A stretch of DNA of 64,000 nt, from the NCBI GenBank assembly GCA_048013815.1, contig CM106586.1:24056001-24120000 (forward strand), read 5' to 3'. A program made the position numbers and the translations under genes. Positions 49,898-62,402 of this stretch are shown here, one piece after another. The notes under the pieces were generated by a model. That model searched no databases. It was not told the DNA's origin and saw nothing but the letters and a program-made list of their open reading frames with translations. This DNA is from Setoptus koraiensis. Taxonomy: Eukaryota; Animalia; Arthropoda. Position 1 is the stretch's first letter; each line of letters begins with the position of its first letter.

Positions 49898-50458
49898 AAG
49901 TCGTCATGTATTGTCTCATCGTTGCCCAGTAATCGATTAGCCCAGTCAGAGGAACCAAAGTGAGTTTTGAGCAAAGGAACTGTCTGCCAGTTTTAACTGT
50001 CTCAAAACAAAGTTTTTAGACTTGTCTTATCCAATCTGCTCCATAAGCCATTTATTACGACTACTATTTATAAGCTGCGCTGTGAGCAGCCTTGTGTACC
50101 TAGCTGTATAATGAACGATGAGCTGAACGATGCCGAATCAATAACTGGAGTATCATTGAGCCACCATTAGAGCAGCAGTAACAGTGATACAGTTGGCATG
50201 CTCGTCTGGCAGTAAAAAAGTAAAAAAGTATTTCTCTACTCATCCAAAGTTTCCATTCCAAACCAAACCAAACAAACAAACACACAAACAAACATACAAA
50301 CAAACACACAGAACCTCATTTATTGATTGCTATTGATACTTGGCTTTCGATACTTGATTTTGATTCGCATTTCGGATTAAAAGTTGGCCGAATAGACAGT
50401 CGAAGAATCGCCAGACAAGCACAATAGTTTCACATCCAATATACAATATTAATAATAC

Positions 50459-50518
50459 TAAACGTAATATTAAACGTAATAGTAAACGTAATAGTAAACG
50501 TAATATTAAACGTAATAT
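50459..50518. repeat. 12-bp tandem repeat, 5 copies
   Basis: TAAACGTAATA(T/G). Confidence 0.93.
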
Positions 50519-52029
50519 ATGTGCATGATTATGTTGATTGCTGATATAATTAAATAAATCCGACTTTGTGTTTCGTTTGTTGTGTCAAGATATGTCGAGT
50601 CAACTGTTTGGCAACGGTTGCTCTCGATTTGCAATGATCATTTTGTTGCAACTTGAAACTGTCCTTTATTTCCACTGATCCCATTCAATCGTTTGCTGGC
50701 TGTCGATAGCCACTAATAAGCACAATACGAATATCGACAAGATGCTAATCTCTCGATGACGACAAACTGACTTGTGACACAAACTGACAGATGTGCTCGT
50801 TCTGTCAGCAAAACTTGGGAACTTGCCTCAGCTGATACTTTATGCCACAATTGATGGTTTGTGGCAAGGATATTGCGACGGGCAATATCCTTGCAATGAG
50901 AGTATGCGAAATCAACAAGTTAACCTGGACCAGGCAAAAGATGAATGGCCAGTGAATAGCAGCAGCCACAACTAATTATGGAGCATTTAATCAATTATCA
51001 TGTGGCAATTATCGTGCATCTGGCAAGCTTATTTGGACCACCAGATCACCAAGATCATGTCGGCATCATAAATTAAATGCATAATACATAATTTAATTCA
51101 GTTGTTATAAATGAAAAGAAAAAAATTATTAAATCATTGGCCGGTTTTCGCAGCAGCCAGTGCGATGATTTAGTAATGATTTAGTCAAGATAACACACCG
51201 TCTGGGCACACTAATTACTTGGCAATAAGGCCATCAGCTTGTTAATTACTTCATCAGCGTCATGAGCGTCATGAGCGTCATCGGCATCATCGGCATCCTC
51301 AGCGTGGTCGGCATCAAGCATCGAGCATCATGATACAGTGCAACTGGCGATAGAGCACAATTATAATAGTAATATTATATAATTATATAATATGATGCGC
51401 GGCTATATAACGAGTGCGGCCGGGCGACCCTGTTGCAAGAGTTTACCACAAAGTTTGACCTGTGACACGGCGAGGGTCACCTGATGTATTAATGCAAACA
51501 TGATGTACAAGCATGTATAAACATGATGAATAATTGGCGTTAGTGTTGACCATTTCTTGTCTTCTATGTCGTTGTTTTTTATCCCGTCCATCAAGCGTAA
51601 TTTACGATGAACAAACAAATAATTGGCCGATTTTGTTGAGTAATAGCAATAGTTTAGCTAATGATGACAGTTCTCTCTTCTCTGGGCTGATTTATTAATC
51701 ATGGGCGAGCTAGCGTGCATAATCATAGATCACTGTTGTGTTCGAGTGCCACCATTATGTGTGTCTACTCTAATACACATAATAAAAAACATGAACCAGC
51801 TAATAATCATCATCATTATAATGCGCCTGTTTCAATGTCATCGGCATTGTTCTTTGCGGCTGTGCACTTGTCGTCGTCATTGTTGCCGCCGTCATTGTTG
51901 TTGGCGTGGTTGCTGTCGTCGCTGTTGTTGCTGTAATCGCCGTATTTGCCGTCGTGCTTGTTGAAAGCAGAAACGCTGGCGATATGATGATCGAATGGTT
52001 TCGCTCAGTTTTATCTGGCTTGCCATCCA

Positions 52030-52050
52030 GTCAGCCATCCATCCATCCAT

Positions 52051-52118
<68 letters not shown>

Positions 52119-52120
52119 TT
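52030..52120. repeat. (CCAT)n/(CCAG)n compound tetranucleotide microsatellite
   Basis: CCATCCATCC...CAGCCAGCCAGC. A similar (CAGT)/(CAGC) array lies at 32420-32500. Confidence 0.95.
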
Positions 52121-53919
52121 AGTCAGCGGACCAGTCAGCGCGTCAGTTAGCTCGCCAGCCAGCGAGACTCAGTTTGTTGAGACAATCTGACAATTGACGA
52201 ACTCAGAATGTTTGTCAGAATTTATATCTCCTGTTACCTGTAACTCACCGTGCGCCTAATAACAGCGCTGTCTCATTGATAGCGTCCCCTGATAATAATA
52301 TCTAAATGGTCTCGATTGGATAGATTGACTGTGAGCTTGGCACAGACACTTTTTAATGAAGCATGCCCTTTGTTGTTATTGACAAGTGAGCAATTGGGCA
52401 CAGGTAGCGTAAGTGTGCAAAGTTATCGCGCTCCTCTGTTTGCTGTTTGAATTTTGCCTCTCGCTCTCTCTCTGTTAATTGCGACAATGCCATCAGCTAG
52501 AGAAAATTTATTTATAAGAGTCAAGTTATTGTTTGGCACACGATAACTGATTAATGACGCGCCAAAAGTTGGTCTAACCAGCTAATAAAAGCAGCAATGT
52601 GGCCAATGCAGTTGACGTTGTTAATGTTGCTAATGTGATCGTGACAAACACTGTAATGGCACACAATTAACTGGCTTCATTTGTTGCCAGACGACTCGTT
52701 GTTGTTGTCGCTGTTGTTATTGCTGTTGCTGTTGCTGTTGTTGTACTTGTTGTATTGGTTGTGCTTGTTGTAGTCGGAGTGAGAATCTTCGACTCGCCAA
52801 TTACAACGGCTCTTCCAATAGCCGCCAATGATGGATGGCAACAGTGGATGATCTTGCGACAACAACGCAATTGGCCATGCGATGTCAACCTTTATTTTAT
52901 CAACAATCGCAACACAACAATGAGTCTCGGTGTTGGCATTCATGGCATTCAAATTTATTATTAGATTATAAAATAAAATAATAATTTCTACAATGGTTGC
53001 TGTCCAAGGCACATGCACAATGGCAGCACTTGTTTTAGCATTGCTTTTGGCTCAAATACGTTGGCTTGTATGCACACATTAAATATAGTACAATAAAATT
53101 AGATTAGATACCCTAGGAGAGAGCTGAATCGGTGAAAATCGGGCTCAATTGGGTATCGCATTGATCGCTTATCGGTTTCGGCCGGCTCGAGGCTCGACAC
53201 TCGACACTCGACACTCGAGTGGAGCCAAGCCGAATCGGTGCCCATTAGACGCATGTGTGTGCGAGAGAGCGAGAGCGAGAGAAAGAGAAGGAATAAAATA
53301 AAAGAATAATAAATAAAATAAAAGAAGTCTCCACAGTGGTTGCTGTCGTCTTGCCGCCACTCTCTAGTTTGGTATATATATATACTGGCTGTATATATAT
53401 AAATATTAGCACTGGTAATAGAAGTAGTATCATAGAAGGCGAGCAGCAAGAGCAGCAAAAGCAGCAACGGGCAACAGGTGGAAAAGTGTAGCTAAGGGGA
53501 TATAGCTAACCAGATAGTTGCAGTTTGGAAGGCGCTGTTTGGAGGCTGCAGTTTAGCGGCTGCAGTGGATATATAGGAGGGCTAAATCATGAAGTGAAGC
53601 TAAATCATCTCACATGAACAGTGTTAGACGGTGTTGGACGTGGCTGCGTTGGAACTGTCGATTCTCGATTGTCGAGCTGCAACTGGGATTGCGATTCCAA
53701 ATCGATGTGACTTGGCAGCGTCGTGGTGCCACAAGTTGCAGACAAGATACCGTTCACCGTTAGTCGTGTAGCCGTATAAATGTAATGTATCAGTATGAAA
53801 GAGTTAGACCAAGATCAGGGTAATTGCTGCACACTGCTCTTTGTCTATGAGCTGCTGCTGTCTTGCTGTTTTTTCTTTATTTCTCTCAACTAGGCATTTC
53901 TCTGTTCTCACACACACTC

Positions 53920-53995
53920 TATGAGTTCTATAGTATGAGCTCCATAGTATGAATTCCATGGTATGAATTGCATAGTATGAGTTCCATAGTATGAA
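53920..53995. repeat. ~15-bp tandem repeat, about 5 copies
   Basis: Units resembling CATAGTATGAGTTC. Confidence 0.85.
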
Positions 53996-56900
53996 AGCAA
54001 ACTTGCTGGATTGAACTTACTCGTTGAGCTAAAAAACTTTTTCTCCGCTACAACTATCGCACTGGCAATAATGCTCACAGGTATGTATCACACAGTATGT
54101 GAGCCAGTATTGAGCCGCCTCGCAAGCCCGACCAGCAACAAGTACAAGCAGACAGTTGAGACAAATGGTAAGGCAAGCGACCACCATAAACAACTTTCCA
54201 CCCAACTCAACTCGCTGGCCAACTGCAGCTAACCGAGTCACCGAGTAACGGTTACTCGCCGGGCTCAGCTGTGGCGCTCAAATTTGAGCTCAAACACAAA
54301 CTTGACAATACACTCTGCAGCCATTGTAAGCCAGCGGCCACAAGCCATTCAATGGGCAAGTTACCATTGGGCAAGTTCACCTGAGCTACCAAGCTTGCCA
54401 AGATAGTTGCTCACATAGTTGCCCAGATAGTCGCTAGAGGGGAAGCGAGTGCGACACGCTACAGCTAGCAGCCAGCCAGAGTTACGCAGCTAGAAATGAG
54501 TCATCGGCGGGTCATAATGGTTGTCGTAGCAACACACACACACACACACACACTTGCGCACAGTTGGGATGGCTAGCTAGCTTGCCAAGACCAAGATCAT
54601 TTTGATTTTGCCATAGGCGCAGCATATTGCATTTGGGCATTGCATGCATTCATGCACTAGTTGCATTTAACAGCAAACTGGTGCTGCTGTATTTACTTGT
54701 GCAAATCCTATTCACTGTGCAATGCTATTTTGCTAGTCACAAAGTCACCAAGTCATACACTCACAATCACACTCGCAGTCATCGTGTAGTCGGCAGAGTT
54801 TGCCAGACAAGTAAAGTCAATGCAGTTTCAATGCACCTGTTGGCGAGCCGGAGATTATCAAGAGCGAACGTATGTAACAAGTTGCAATTGTAAATGTAGC
54901 AACAACAACAACGACGACGACGACAACAACAACAACGCCAACAACAGCGACAACGACAACAACGCCGCTGCCATTGAGCTATCACAATAGATGTGGAAAC
55001 TATCTCAGGTGGTTGTGTGTTCACATTTTATACACAGCCAACAAACGAACAGCGAACATCGCGCCGGCCAGCCAATTGGAAGCAATTGGAGTAGTCGCAA
55101 TAGTTGAGTCATTTGAGAGTTCGCAAACGGGTGACAAAAGATACACACAGCCAGAGATAGAGAAAAAAGTGACTGCTTTGCAACACAACGGCAACAACGA
55201 CAACAACGACAACAACGACAACAACGGCGACAATTATAACGACGCAAGACACTCGACAAGCGGCCACGACAACGCGATCAGACGCAACATTTACAGAGGA
55301 TCATTACAAGCTCGCTGTCTCATTTGGATGGCTCATATTAGAGCGTCTATTACGCAATCAATTGGTCGACGTCATCGCCGTAGTCTCGTTACAATTACAC
55401 AGCTAACAATTGTAGACAATTGTCTGCTAGAGTGAACTCAGCAAACAGCAACAAAAGTTCAAAAATCATCATTGTCCGACAGCATCATCAGCAACATCAG
55501 CAGCAGCATTAAATTAAATTGGCCAGTCAATGCTCATGTGGTTGGTGTCAACATTAACCTGACACTTGTACGTGACCGTTGCTAATGCTCACACAACAAG
55601 AGTGTTTGCTCAAATCAGTTTACCTACTCACACGCACAATTTATGCAACAACCGCGATAACAACTGCAACAACCTGTCACAATACACATCAATCTGAACC
55701 CGATAAACGTATTAAGTCAATCGATCTATATGCAGAATAATTCAGCAGTCACAATCAGTCAACAGCAAGCCGTGATTCAGCGATGAGTCATCACTGGCAC
55801 TAGCCAGCATCACTAGCAATCACTACAAGCAACACAACAGCGACCACATAAATCAATAGCATCAACAAACAACGACCACGACGACCTTGTATAGTGACCA
55901 TTGGTACTGACACAACTACAACATTGCAGCAGCAACAGCAACAGCAAACAGTCGCACTCTCAGCGTGATCATGATTTTATAATATAATGATGCTAGCAAA
56001 ATGATATGAACAGGTGAATGTTCCGTGAGCAACGAAAAAAACCAACAGCGACAACAGCAAAAAGTCCGCATTCATCCGTGCTGATACAACATCAGCGGCG
56101 ACCATACAACAGCCACCCTGTGACTCATTAGAATATTCTGGCACGACAAACAAATAGACGACGAGCGCTCCAACGAACGAACTGCGAACGAACTGCGAAC
56201 GAACCGGCCGACAGAACAGCGAATAAACAAACAAACTGCATCCACCTCAATCTGCGAATTGTTACGACTTGCATTGGCCAGTTCATCGAACTATGTGACT
56301 GGCTCTTCTCATGACATAGCCAGTAACAGACAGAGAGTTTATGGTCGCTATACCTAGATAGTATGATTATCATCAGAGGTGGACAACAGCAGCAGCAGCA
56401 ACAAAAAAATTGTTATTATTACCATTATGTTGACTATTCGGTAGTCATGACAACCGTCACACTATAGCATTTGTAAACTGCATTAAGCTCACATAAATCA
56501 TTACAAGTACCACTAAAGCCCCCACTTACACACAAACAACAAGACTAGATAGAGAAGAATCGTCATCGCAAACGGACAGCCATCATATAGCATCATTGTT
56601 ATGACAACTGTCTGCTGACAATTCGACGAACGAAAATTAGACAGATAAATGGAAAAGAATTATCATCTTGCATTTGTTCCATCGTTTGCAATTCAACAGC
56701 GTATGCATCAAAGCACCTATCGAAACCAGACCATCATTACCAGAAATAATAATACTCAGTAGAAATAGAAGAAAATACTCAGAAATGTAAACTCACAAAC
56801 GCATATTTGGATCCCATTATTGATTTGATTGTGACAATTGCTTGTAGCAAATGTGAACACACAAGACACGCTAATTGAGGCGAGCACAAAAAATTAATGA

Positions 56901-57376
56901 AGCAAAGTTAATAAACAAAAGAATTCATGAAAATGTAGAAGAAGAAAAGAAGGAATTGATTAATGGCTACAAAGAGAGACAACAACTAATTGAAAACATA
57001 AAATAGCTAATGATGAATAGTTTAGTGCGCGCGTAGTACGTGAAACAAATCGATACAACAGCGAATGAGAAAGAAAAAGAAACTGTTTTTTTCACACCTC
57101 ACATGCACGCACACTGTCATGATTTGGCGTGGTCATCATTTGGTCTTCTGGCAATACAATATCAAATCCCATCAAATAGAGCAACAAATCTAAACTAACG
57201 CATTATCATTATTTTTATTATAAATTTATTATTGCTATTTCATTATCTATCACCACTACTATTATTATTACTATTATTTTTATTATTGCCATTGTAATAA
57301 TTCACAAATTACCAAGGAGAATCGCATTTATCACAATAAACAACAAGCCATCGATAGGACAAGTGGACTCGTGAAG

Positions 57377-57547
57377 ATGAATTGCTCACCGGCCATTTGT
57401 AAATTAGACAGTGATGATTGTATAGATCTCCTCTCATTATTGAGAGTATTCAATTCGATTGATCAGGAACAAGCATGGGCAGTCTGCTATGAGACATGTA
57501 AATTGTTACATCATTCTTGGACCAAACAACAGAAACAGCAACAGCAG

Positions 57548-57579
<32 letters not shown>

Positions 57580-59023
57580 TCATCACAGCAACCACCATCA
57601 TCACCTACAAAATTGTCAACATCACCATCATCACAAAAACTATTCCCATGGCAACAGCAACAATCAAAATACTCCTATCAGAAAAAATTACTCAAAAACA
57701 TATCAACAAAATAGGCATCACAGCCAGCAGCAACAACAAGAACAACAACACTATTATCACATTGATTCAAATTGTGGCCATCCAACAGTGATTCTAAATC
57801 AAGCTATCACAATGAAAGATAGCACAACTACTATGACAAGTTCAACTCCTAGTAATACAACAACTCCAGCAAATGCAAATACAACACCTACTACTAATAC
57901 TCCGGGTCAATGTTGTCTCCTCTCTGGTTTAAATCAGATCTTTATCCACAAAGATGGTTATGTCCACGAAAAGACTTGTATAGTTTCCATAACGCCCCCA
58001 ACGCCGCCAGCAACGCCTGATGTTATATTAGTTGGACCGTTGATATCCGATGATGACGATGATGAAATTGATGAAGTGAACGGTGACAATGATATTAATG
58101 AATTGTCGCATTCAACTGACACCAACGATAAACAACAACAGCAACAAACATCTCTATTGTCTTCCAGCGAACATTACACTCTATGCAATAATGGCGATAA
58201 TACAACAATACCAAACAATAACACCAATACCACCAAGACTAATGAGAAACAAAAGAGTAATCATGTCATTGGTAAGGCTTATAATAAGCCCAATGAGCAA
58301 CAACAACATGTTACTCAACGAACGCCTGCTCAAAATGAATCTGAATTAGTTTCCTCATTAGGATTAGCTTTATACCTTGCTCTAGATTATGGTATACCTG
58401 ACGATGAAGAGCGTAAATTGAGCATAACAATGGAAATATTTGTTTATTTGTTGACATCGGCAAAATCCAATGATTCCACATTGTCTAGTTCATCAACATC
58501 GCCAACATCCCAGTCACCACTATCAGACAATAGTAATGATGATAGTGATTACATGACTAATATTTTAGACTCAACAAGTTCCTCGACCTCTATGTCATCT
58601 TTGGCTATTGCCATGACAGACACCTATAATAATCTTAACGGATTAGCTGAACAACAACAGCCACAAGGTCCGCAAGGACCTATTACTCTGGCCCAAGTAT
58701 TAGACTTTTGTGTTAGCAGGTTACCTGTACCCACACTGAATCATGCTGAATCTCATTATAAATCTGTTTGTAAATCATTGGTCGCTGACGCTTTGGAATT
58801 GTCCATGTTTCTAGAGAAAATTTACAAAGCCACTAAAGAACTGGGAGACATATCATTAAGCGATTGTATGGATGGCAACAATAGTAGCATGGATCATGGA
58901 GATTTTGTGGAACCATTAGCCAGTTTGCGAATCCTCAAAATTAGTGACTGGGCCAGGTTATGGATGCAAGTTATACGTGAATTGCGTCAACGTGATAAAT
59001 TCAAGCAAGCCAGAAACTACTAA
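57377..59023 (+). CDS. spir: Spire-like KIND-domain protein with low-complexity insertions, ending before the WH2 repeats
   Basis: CIDLLSLLRVFNSIDQEQAWAVCYE, IFIHKDGYV, ELVSSLGLALYLALDYGIPDDEERKLS..ME, AESHYKSVCKSLVADALELSMFLEKI and DWARLWMQVIRELRQ. First ATG at 57377. Confidence 0.85.
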
Positions 59024-59761
59024 TCATAAAAGTCTCTCTTTGCCTGTTGACTCCACCTGTTCTCACAGGAGTTCTAACTGGCCTAAACTCTGATACATCA
59101 AACCATTCGACTCTTCAAAGGGTAGCCAGTCTTTTGTGAATAGAATTGTTATTTTCGAAGGACAGGTACAATTGTATAGCTTCCTACTTGTATTGACATA
59201 ATTTGCTAGATGTTTTTGATAGATAACAATAAAAATCATTCGCTGATCTAAGCCTAACCAAGTCATGCGACCTGTAGCGTAAGGTGCAAAATATTGCACT
59301 TCCTTTATCTCTCTTGTGGTTCACCTATCTTCGTTTAGGTACCATCAGAATAAATTACTATTTATTCTGATCAGAAGTATACGATATACATAATAAAAAT
59401 AGTTATCACTTGCAGCATATTTCGCACAACAAAACAGGTGCATCATATGCACTTTATTGTGTAGCGAAGAAATGATGATAACTTGGCTTCAATTGCATAA
59501 ATTATGCGCTTCTATTCTAGCCAGTGAGCGGTGTTTCACTTGCGTTTGTTTTTGCAAAATTGAAAATCTATTCGCATTTTAGAGAATTTTATAAGAGTAG
59601 AGCATATCGTCCCGGCCCGACATGGATAATTGCAATCATTCATTAATTGTTTGAGCACCACATCACAGATAAAAAACTCCAATTAATTTGCAGCCATAGA
59701 TAGACTCGGTCGACAATTAATGCAAATTGAATTCAATAGTTAATTAATTGATCAGCCAAAG

Positions 59762-60302
59762 ATGCAAGATTTCTTCTTTGTTGGACTGATAAGCGCCCTG
59801 GCTTTGGCCATTGTTGTCATCAAAGGAATAACCGCGGCAATTCATTTTTATTATCTCAAAGATTCGAATGCAATAATTGAAGCAAATAAAACAAATATTA
59901 GACTGGCCAACTATCAGATACAACATAAACAATCGACATTAAATTCCATCGATACTGTCAATAATTGGAAAATGGAAGATCCGCGTTATACACAAGATTT
60001 AAGAAATCAATTTTTAACAAAAACTAAGACAAGAAGAACACCAACATCCTACATGAGTGATAGAGTATCACCCAGAGATAGAGTTCCTTTAGCCTCAACT
60101 GATTTTGACGTAAGTGAACTGGGTGTCCTCATATTCAAACTAAGGCTGATATAAATCTTTGTACCAAATCCCTCAGAAATACTAACATTACTTTATTCAT
60201 CCATTTATAAACAAGGTCATTGAGACGTATCCTGCTGATATCAACCCACCAGGAACCCCGAGTTACATTTACGATCCAAGTGTGGGTGGAACCCAAGTGT
60301 AA
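59762..60302 (+). CDS. orphan single-pass membrane protein with a C-terminal class I PDZ-binding motif; exons 59762-60109 and 60216-60302
   Basis: N-terminal TM segment FFFVGLISALALAIVVIKGITAAIHFYYL. A GTAAGT donor at 60110, ACTAAC branch point and ACAAG acceptor join in phase 0 to VIETYPADINPPGTPSYIYDPSVGGTQV-stop. Confidence 0.7.
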
Positions 60303-60779
60303 ATTCGGTTTTAAGTAATCAATCTCGAATGCAGTCCATCATCACGAAAGATATCTACATGCAGTATGTATCTTAGAGTCATCTCAAGGCATTTCCAACA
60401 CAACAATCACTGCCCAGGACCCTTTTCTATTTGAACCTTATTGAGTAAGGGTGAATCTTCATTCAGGTCATTTTGAAATGACTGAACTACATTTTTCCTT
60501 CGCCTGAGATCTGTATTCTATCAACAATCTTCCTACAATATCTTTATATATTTGTCTAAACCCGAAATGTCAAACCATCAAATTCAGACCCTAGCCATGT
60601 ACTACTCAGGTAATCCTGTTTCAAGAGAAGAGAAAAATAAATCCAAATATGAGATGAGGGGGAGAGCTCGTTTTCAGTGGATAAGATTATTATTATTATT
60701 CAAGGACAAGTACAATTCTATATCTCCTTAATTCTAATTGACTCAGTGAAGGAGGTGTCTCCGACAGGCAACAATTAGT

Positions 60780-62402
60780 TCACTGATCCGAGGCCAAACG
60801 TCTCATAACACCTGTGGCATAAGACGAAAATCTTTCAGCCATGTGCTTCACTCCGTCTCTTACACCTTCTTTGATATCGTAAAGATTGGCGTTGTTTATG
60901 ACTGTTGAATAACTAGAGCTTGGCATAGTCGGTCTATCAAAAAAGTCGTCACTACTAATGGCATCAGACCCTTGGAATTGGGAGAATTTCGAATGATTTC
61001 CGGAATCAGAACTTTGATTATTCCCAAAAAATTGATCAGAAGATATAGACTTTGCATTGGCAAATTTGTTAGCACCTTCATCTTTCGAGGATGATGACTG
61101 ATGATTCACCGACCTCCTTTGTGACATCTGGCTAGATGATGAAGGTGCCGGCTTCTTCAAACTTGTTGGTTCTACGGTTGACCATTTAGTAGAAATGACT
61201 TCTGGTTCAACACTAGACTGGAACCCTCTTCGGCTAGACGGTAGAATATCTTGAATATCGGTTGATCGATTGGCATACGGTGATATATTATCGTATGACT
61301 CAAAATCTTCAAGTGTTAGGTTGATGAAATCGTTAGTTGTAGTGACGGGATCATAATCTTTAGAAATAGCTTTGTCAATATTCTTTCTTCTGGAATTCTT
61401 CACGACATCATCTTGCCCGATGAAACCGACATCAGCGAAAGCCGAGTGTGAAACACCACCCGTAGATTTCGAACTCCTTGATTGTGGGGCTGCTGTTATG
61501 GTATCAAAACCCATGCCTAGTCTATCAAGTTTCTCTGCTTTCTTAGGGTCGATTTGCCTAAGTTTCTCTTCAGTTTTCTTTTTGCTATCGTTGATGGTTT
61601 CGTAAGTTTTTTCCAAAACTGCAATTTGCTCCTCTTCATTGGCAGGGACTTTGGAATCGGATTCAGATAATATTGTTTCAGGTTCAGCCGCTGGTTGAGT
61701 CCCTCTTTCTGCCTCTTTTTGTACCTCTTCATTATTTATTGTCCCGGATTTAATCCTTTGAGCACCAAGACCAAGTTTATTTTTTGCAGGGTTTGCCTTT
61801 GTCAAGTTTTTTTGCCAATGAGAGGGTGGAGGCTGCCGCTGACGACCGGACAACTTAGCGTCTGTGTTAATGGGTTCACTATTTGTAGGTAGTTTCTTAC
61901 TGTTTCCAGTAATAACACTTTGATTATCTTGCACTGGTGGTGGATTTTCGTTTTCTTGTAATATTAATTTCGAAGGGTCTATGTGCAATTGATCGGCACC
62001 ATAAATTTTAGCTGCTTGCAAAGCCAACTGTTCTAATTTGGTTTTGTACAAAGAGGCGGCTTTGGACTTGTATTTTTCTTTTGCGTTCGTTGTTTCTAGA
62101 CAATCATGTTGTTTAAAAAATGTAGCGGCATTCGCATTTCCTCCAACTTGCATCTTTCTCAATTGCAACCATGTCCAATTAGTATCTAATGTTATAGATC
62201 TCACAAACGTGATGTGTGTTCCTAGTGACCTATGCGAGGCTGAGCAATCAATGCAAATAAAAATACCATAGGATACGCTGGCCCAACAAGCAAATTTGTT
62301 TCCACAATCAAAACATGATTTATTTGCTGGCTTTAATTTCAATTTGGCTAGACCTGATTTCAAATCCTCATGAGGAACAATAGCCGTTTCGTAATCAACC
62401 AT
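60780..62402 (-). CDS. ARFGAP2: ADP-ribosylation factor GAP 2/3 (Glo3-type), intronless
   Basis: ANKSCFDCGNKFACWASVSYGIFICIDCSASHRSLGTHITFVRS, LRKMQVGGNANA, KLGLGAQRI, RLGMG and KFANAKSISSDQFFG. Confidence 0.95.
   Translation of the reverse strand: MVDYETAIVPHEDLKSGLAKLKLKPANKSCFDCGNKFACWASVSYGIFICIDCSASHRSLGTHITFVRSITLDTNWTWLQLRKMQVGGNANAATFFKQHDCLETTNAKEKYKSKAASLYKTKLEQLALQAAKIYGADQLHIDPSKLILQENENPPPVQDNQSVITGNSKKLPTNSEPINTDAKLSGRQRQPPPSHWQKNLTKANPAKNKLGLGAQRIKSGTINNEEVQKEAERGTQPAAEPETILSESDSKVPANEEEQIAVLEKTYETINDSKKKTEEKLRQIDPKKAEKLDRLGMGFDTITAAPQSRSSKSTGGVSHSAFADVGFIGQDDVVKNSRRKNIDKAISKDYDPVTTTNDFINLTLEDFESYDNISPYANRSTDIQDILPSSRRGFQSSVEPEVISTKWSTVEPTSLKKPAPSSSSQMSQRRSVNHQSSSSKDEGANKFANAKSISSDQFFGNNQSSDSGNHSKFSQFQGSDAISSDDFFDRPTMPSSSYSTVINNANLYDIKEGVRDGVKHMAERFSSYATGVMRRLASDQ

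Larger units (their letters stand above)
25300..57370. other. 32-kb gene-free, simple-repeat-rich region upstream of the Spire-like gene
   Basis: All ORFs are short or built from (CAA)n, (CAG)n or (AG)n repeats, and I recognised no protein family. Confidence 0.7.
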
